Position numbers and translations under genes: made by a program. Below the pieces are notes generated by a model. That model searched no databases, had not been told where the DNA came from, and saw nothing but the letters and a program-made list of their open reading frames with translations. This document shows positions 62,508 through 64,000 of a stretch of 64,000 bases of DNA, piece after piece (position 1 is the stretch's first letter; every line of letters begins with the position of its first letter). Source of the stretch: Candidatus Limnocylindrales bacterium (GTDB lineage: Bacteria > Chloroflexota > Limnocylindria > Limnocylindrales > CSP1-4); NCBI GenBank assembly GCA_038204565.1, contig JBBRCU010000013.1, positions 1,014 to 65,013 of the forward strand, written 5' to 3'.

Positions 62508-62591
62508 TGCGTCTCGGGCAGCCTCCGACGGGTCCCGCCCACATGAACGATGATCTGCGCCCACGCCAACGGCGCACCAGCAAGGACAAAC

Positions 62592-63059
62592 GTGGCTGAC
62601 GAGAAGACGATCGCCCTCAACCGGCGAGCGCGTCACGACTTCACGATCGACGAGACATTCGAGGCGGGCATCGTCCTGACCGGCACCGAGATCAAGTCGA
62701 TCCGGGCGGGCAAGGTGACGCTGTCGGATGCGTACGCCCGGGTCGAGCGTGACGAGGCCTGGCTGATCGGCGCCCACATCGCCCCGTTCGAGCAGGCCAA
62801 CCGCTACAACCACGAACCCAAGCGGATCCGGAAGCTGCTGCTCCATCGCTCCGAGATCGATGAGCTTCTCGGCCGGGCCAAGGCGAAGGGCCAGACGATC
62901 GTGCCGTTGCGCCTCTACCTGACCGGCAAGGGGCGAGCGAAGGTCGAGCTTGGCCTCGCCCGCGGCAAGAACCTCCACGACCGCCGGCGCGACATCGCCG
63001 ATCGCGACGCAAAGCGTGACGTCGCCCGCGAGCTCGCCGACGCCCACCGCGGCCGCTGA
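62592..63059 (+). CDS. smpB: SsrA-binding protein SmpB
   Basis: NRRARHDFTIDETFEAGIVLTGTEIKSIRAG...IAPFE...HEPKRIRKLLLH...LRLYLTGKGRAKVELGLARGK. GTG 62592 is preceded by AAGGA. Confidence 0.94.
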   Translation: MADEKTIALNRRARHDFTIDETFEAGIVLTGTEIKSIRAGKVTLSDAYARVERDEAWLIGAHIAPFEQANRYNHEPKRIRKLLLHRSEIDELLGRAKAKGQTIVPLRLYLTGKGRAKVELGLARGKNLHDRRRDIADRDAKRDVARELADAHRGR

Positions 63060-63089
63060 ACCGCCCGACCCACGGATGAGCAGCTTCAC

Positions 63090-64000
63090 ATGAAACCAGC
63101 AGGTGCGACGCCTCCGATCCGCCTCGGCCCGACGATCCGAGCGGTCGATCTTCATGCCTGCGGCGAGCCCGGGCGGGTGATCGTGGCTGGCGTCGATGGG
63201 GTCCCGGGCGGGACGATGTTCGAGGCGATGACCTGGCTCCAGGCCAACCGTGACGACATCCGCCTCCGGATGCTGCGGGAGCCCCGCGGCTTCCCGGCCG
63301 CGAACTGCAACCTGATCCTGCCGTCGTCTCACCCCGACGCGGCCGCCGGCTACGTGATCATGGAGCAGGTCGAATACCCGGGAATGAGCGGGACGAACAC
63401 CATGTGCGTGGTCACCGCCCTGCTGGAAACGGGGATGCTCCCGATGAGCGAGCCGGTCACGGAGCTCGTCCTGGAGGCGCCCGCCGGGCTGATCCGGGTC
63501 CGCGCCGACTGTGCCGGCGGCAAGGTCACGGGGGTGACGTTCCGGAACGTTCCGGCATTCGCGACGCACCTAGACGCCGTCGTGGAGGTTCCGCAGCTGG
63601 GCACCGTGACGGTCGACGTGGCCTACGGTGGGATGTTCTACGTGATCGCGGCCGCCGCGGCGTTCGGGCTCCGGCTGACGCCGGACGAGGGCGCGGACAT
63701 CGCCCGGATCACCGAGATGATCAAGGCCGCGGCCGCCGACCAGCTGCCGGTCGTCCACCCCGAGCAGCCGGGATTCGCCGGCATCACGATCGGCCAGCTT
63801 TCCGGGCCGGCCCACGATCCGGCGAACTCGATGCGGAACGTCGTGACGGTGTCGACTGGGGTCCTTGACTGGGAGCGGCCGGCCACCTGGACGGGTGCGA
63901 TCGACCGCTCGCCCTGTGGCACCGGCACGTCCGCCCGGATGGCGACACTCCACGCCCGTGGCCAGCTCGCGATCGGCGCCGACTTCCGGCACGAAGGCAT
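63090..64000 (+). CDS. Proline racemase superfamily protein (4-hydroxyproline epimerase / hydroxyproline dehydratase-like), 3' truncated by window end
   Basis: Not in the ORF track because no stop is reached. My own translation from ATG 63090 gives MKPAGATPPIRLGPTIRAVDLHACGEPGRVIV...EYPGMSGTNTMC...DRSPCGTGTSARMATLHARG, the hallmark motifs of the family. Confidence 0.85.
   Translation, partial: MKPAGATPPIRLGPTIRAVDLHACGEPGRVIVAGVDGVPGGTMFEAMTWLQANRDDIRLRMLREPRGFPAANCNLILPSSHPDAAAGYVIMEQVEYPGMSGTNTMCVVTALLETGMLPMSEPVTELVLEAPAGLIRVRADCAGGKVTGVTFRNVPAFATHLDAVVEVPQLGTVTVDVAYGGMFYVIAAAAAFGLRLTPDEGADIARITEMIKAAAADQLPVVHPEQPGFAGITIGQLSGPAHDPANSMRNVVTVSTGVLDWERPATWTGAIDRSPCGTGTSARMATLHARGQLAIGADFRHEG

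Noticed and set aside
62280-62591. tmRNA (ssrA) or another known RNA gene next to smpB.
   Set aside because: No tRNA-like acceptor/T-arm ending in CCA, no GGGG...-type 5' end and no tag-peptide reading frame ending in a hydrophobic ANDxxYALAA-like sequence. The region is also too short and differently organised. ssrA must lie elsewhere.
63084-63099. Third parS-like sequence AGCTTCACATGAAACC overlapping the start codon of the proline-racemase-family gene.
   Set aside because: Only 12/16 match. The central CG is disrupted (CACATG), breaking the palindrome, and the position overlaps coding sequence. It is likely chance, though ParB ChIP would settle it.

Overview
High-GC (roughly 68-70% by eye) bacterial chromosomal window made almost entirely of core housekeeping genes. 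I found no rRNA, tRNA, transposase, integrase or CRISPR array. Gene order resembles Terrabacteria (Actinomycetota, Chloroflexota or Firmicutes-like); I cannot assign a taxon from sequence alone.

Layout:
- 1-6.9 kb (+): tadB-tadC, DUF192, comF, hpf, nfo and a GT39-like glycosyltransferase.
- 7.3-42.9 kb (- strand, apart from two + genes at 36.0-37.9 kb): XRE regulator; murA-mreB-PHP-UPF0104; complete F1Fo ATP synthase operon atpI-B-E-F-H-A-G-D-C; wecA-like; glyA; an expanded release-factor operon (small ORF - DNA methyltransferase - DUF1385 - prfA - glycogen-debranching-like - prmC - HAD - sua5); aldehyde dehydrogenase; rplU-rpmA-rpmE; DUF2344; an AI-2E permease plus J-domain protein on +; a cation/H+ antiporter; rodA-mrdA-mreD.
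- About 42.9-43.3 kb: a 420-bp non-coding gap holding a near-consensus palindromic parS site, where coding strand switches.
- 43.3-64 kb (all +): parA-parB-gyrB (overlapping stop/start codons), thioesterase, AlkD-like protein, gyrA, prs, secA, ydcF-like, prfB (with the classical +1 programmed frameshift), GNAT, ftsE-ftsX, S41 protease, smpB, and a 3'-truncated proline-racemase-family gene.

Most of the long ORFs in the six-frame track are antisense or out-of-frame artefacts of high GC content.

I see no convincing novel multi-gene system such as a defence island. The points most worth follow-up are:
- The parS-marked strand-switch locus with parAB fused to gyrB and no dnaA/dnaN.
- A cysteine-rich 74-codon ORF whose UGA stop abuts the prfB start codon.
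- An orphan DPPY methyltransferase embedded in the prfA operon.
- A self-contained promoter/SD/16-codon ORF/terminator unit upstream of smpB.
- An Ala/Lys-rich histone-like tail on ribosomal protein L21.
- A partly perfectly conserved 79-bp tandem duplication in a convergent intergenic region.
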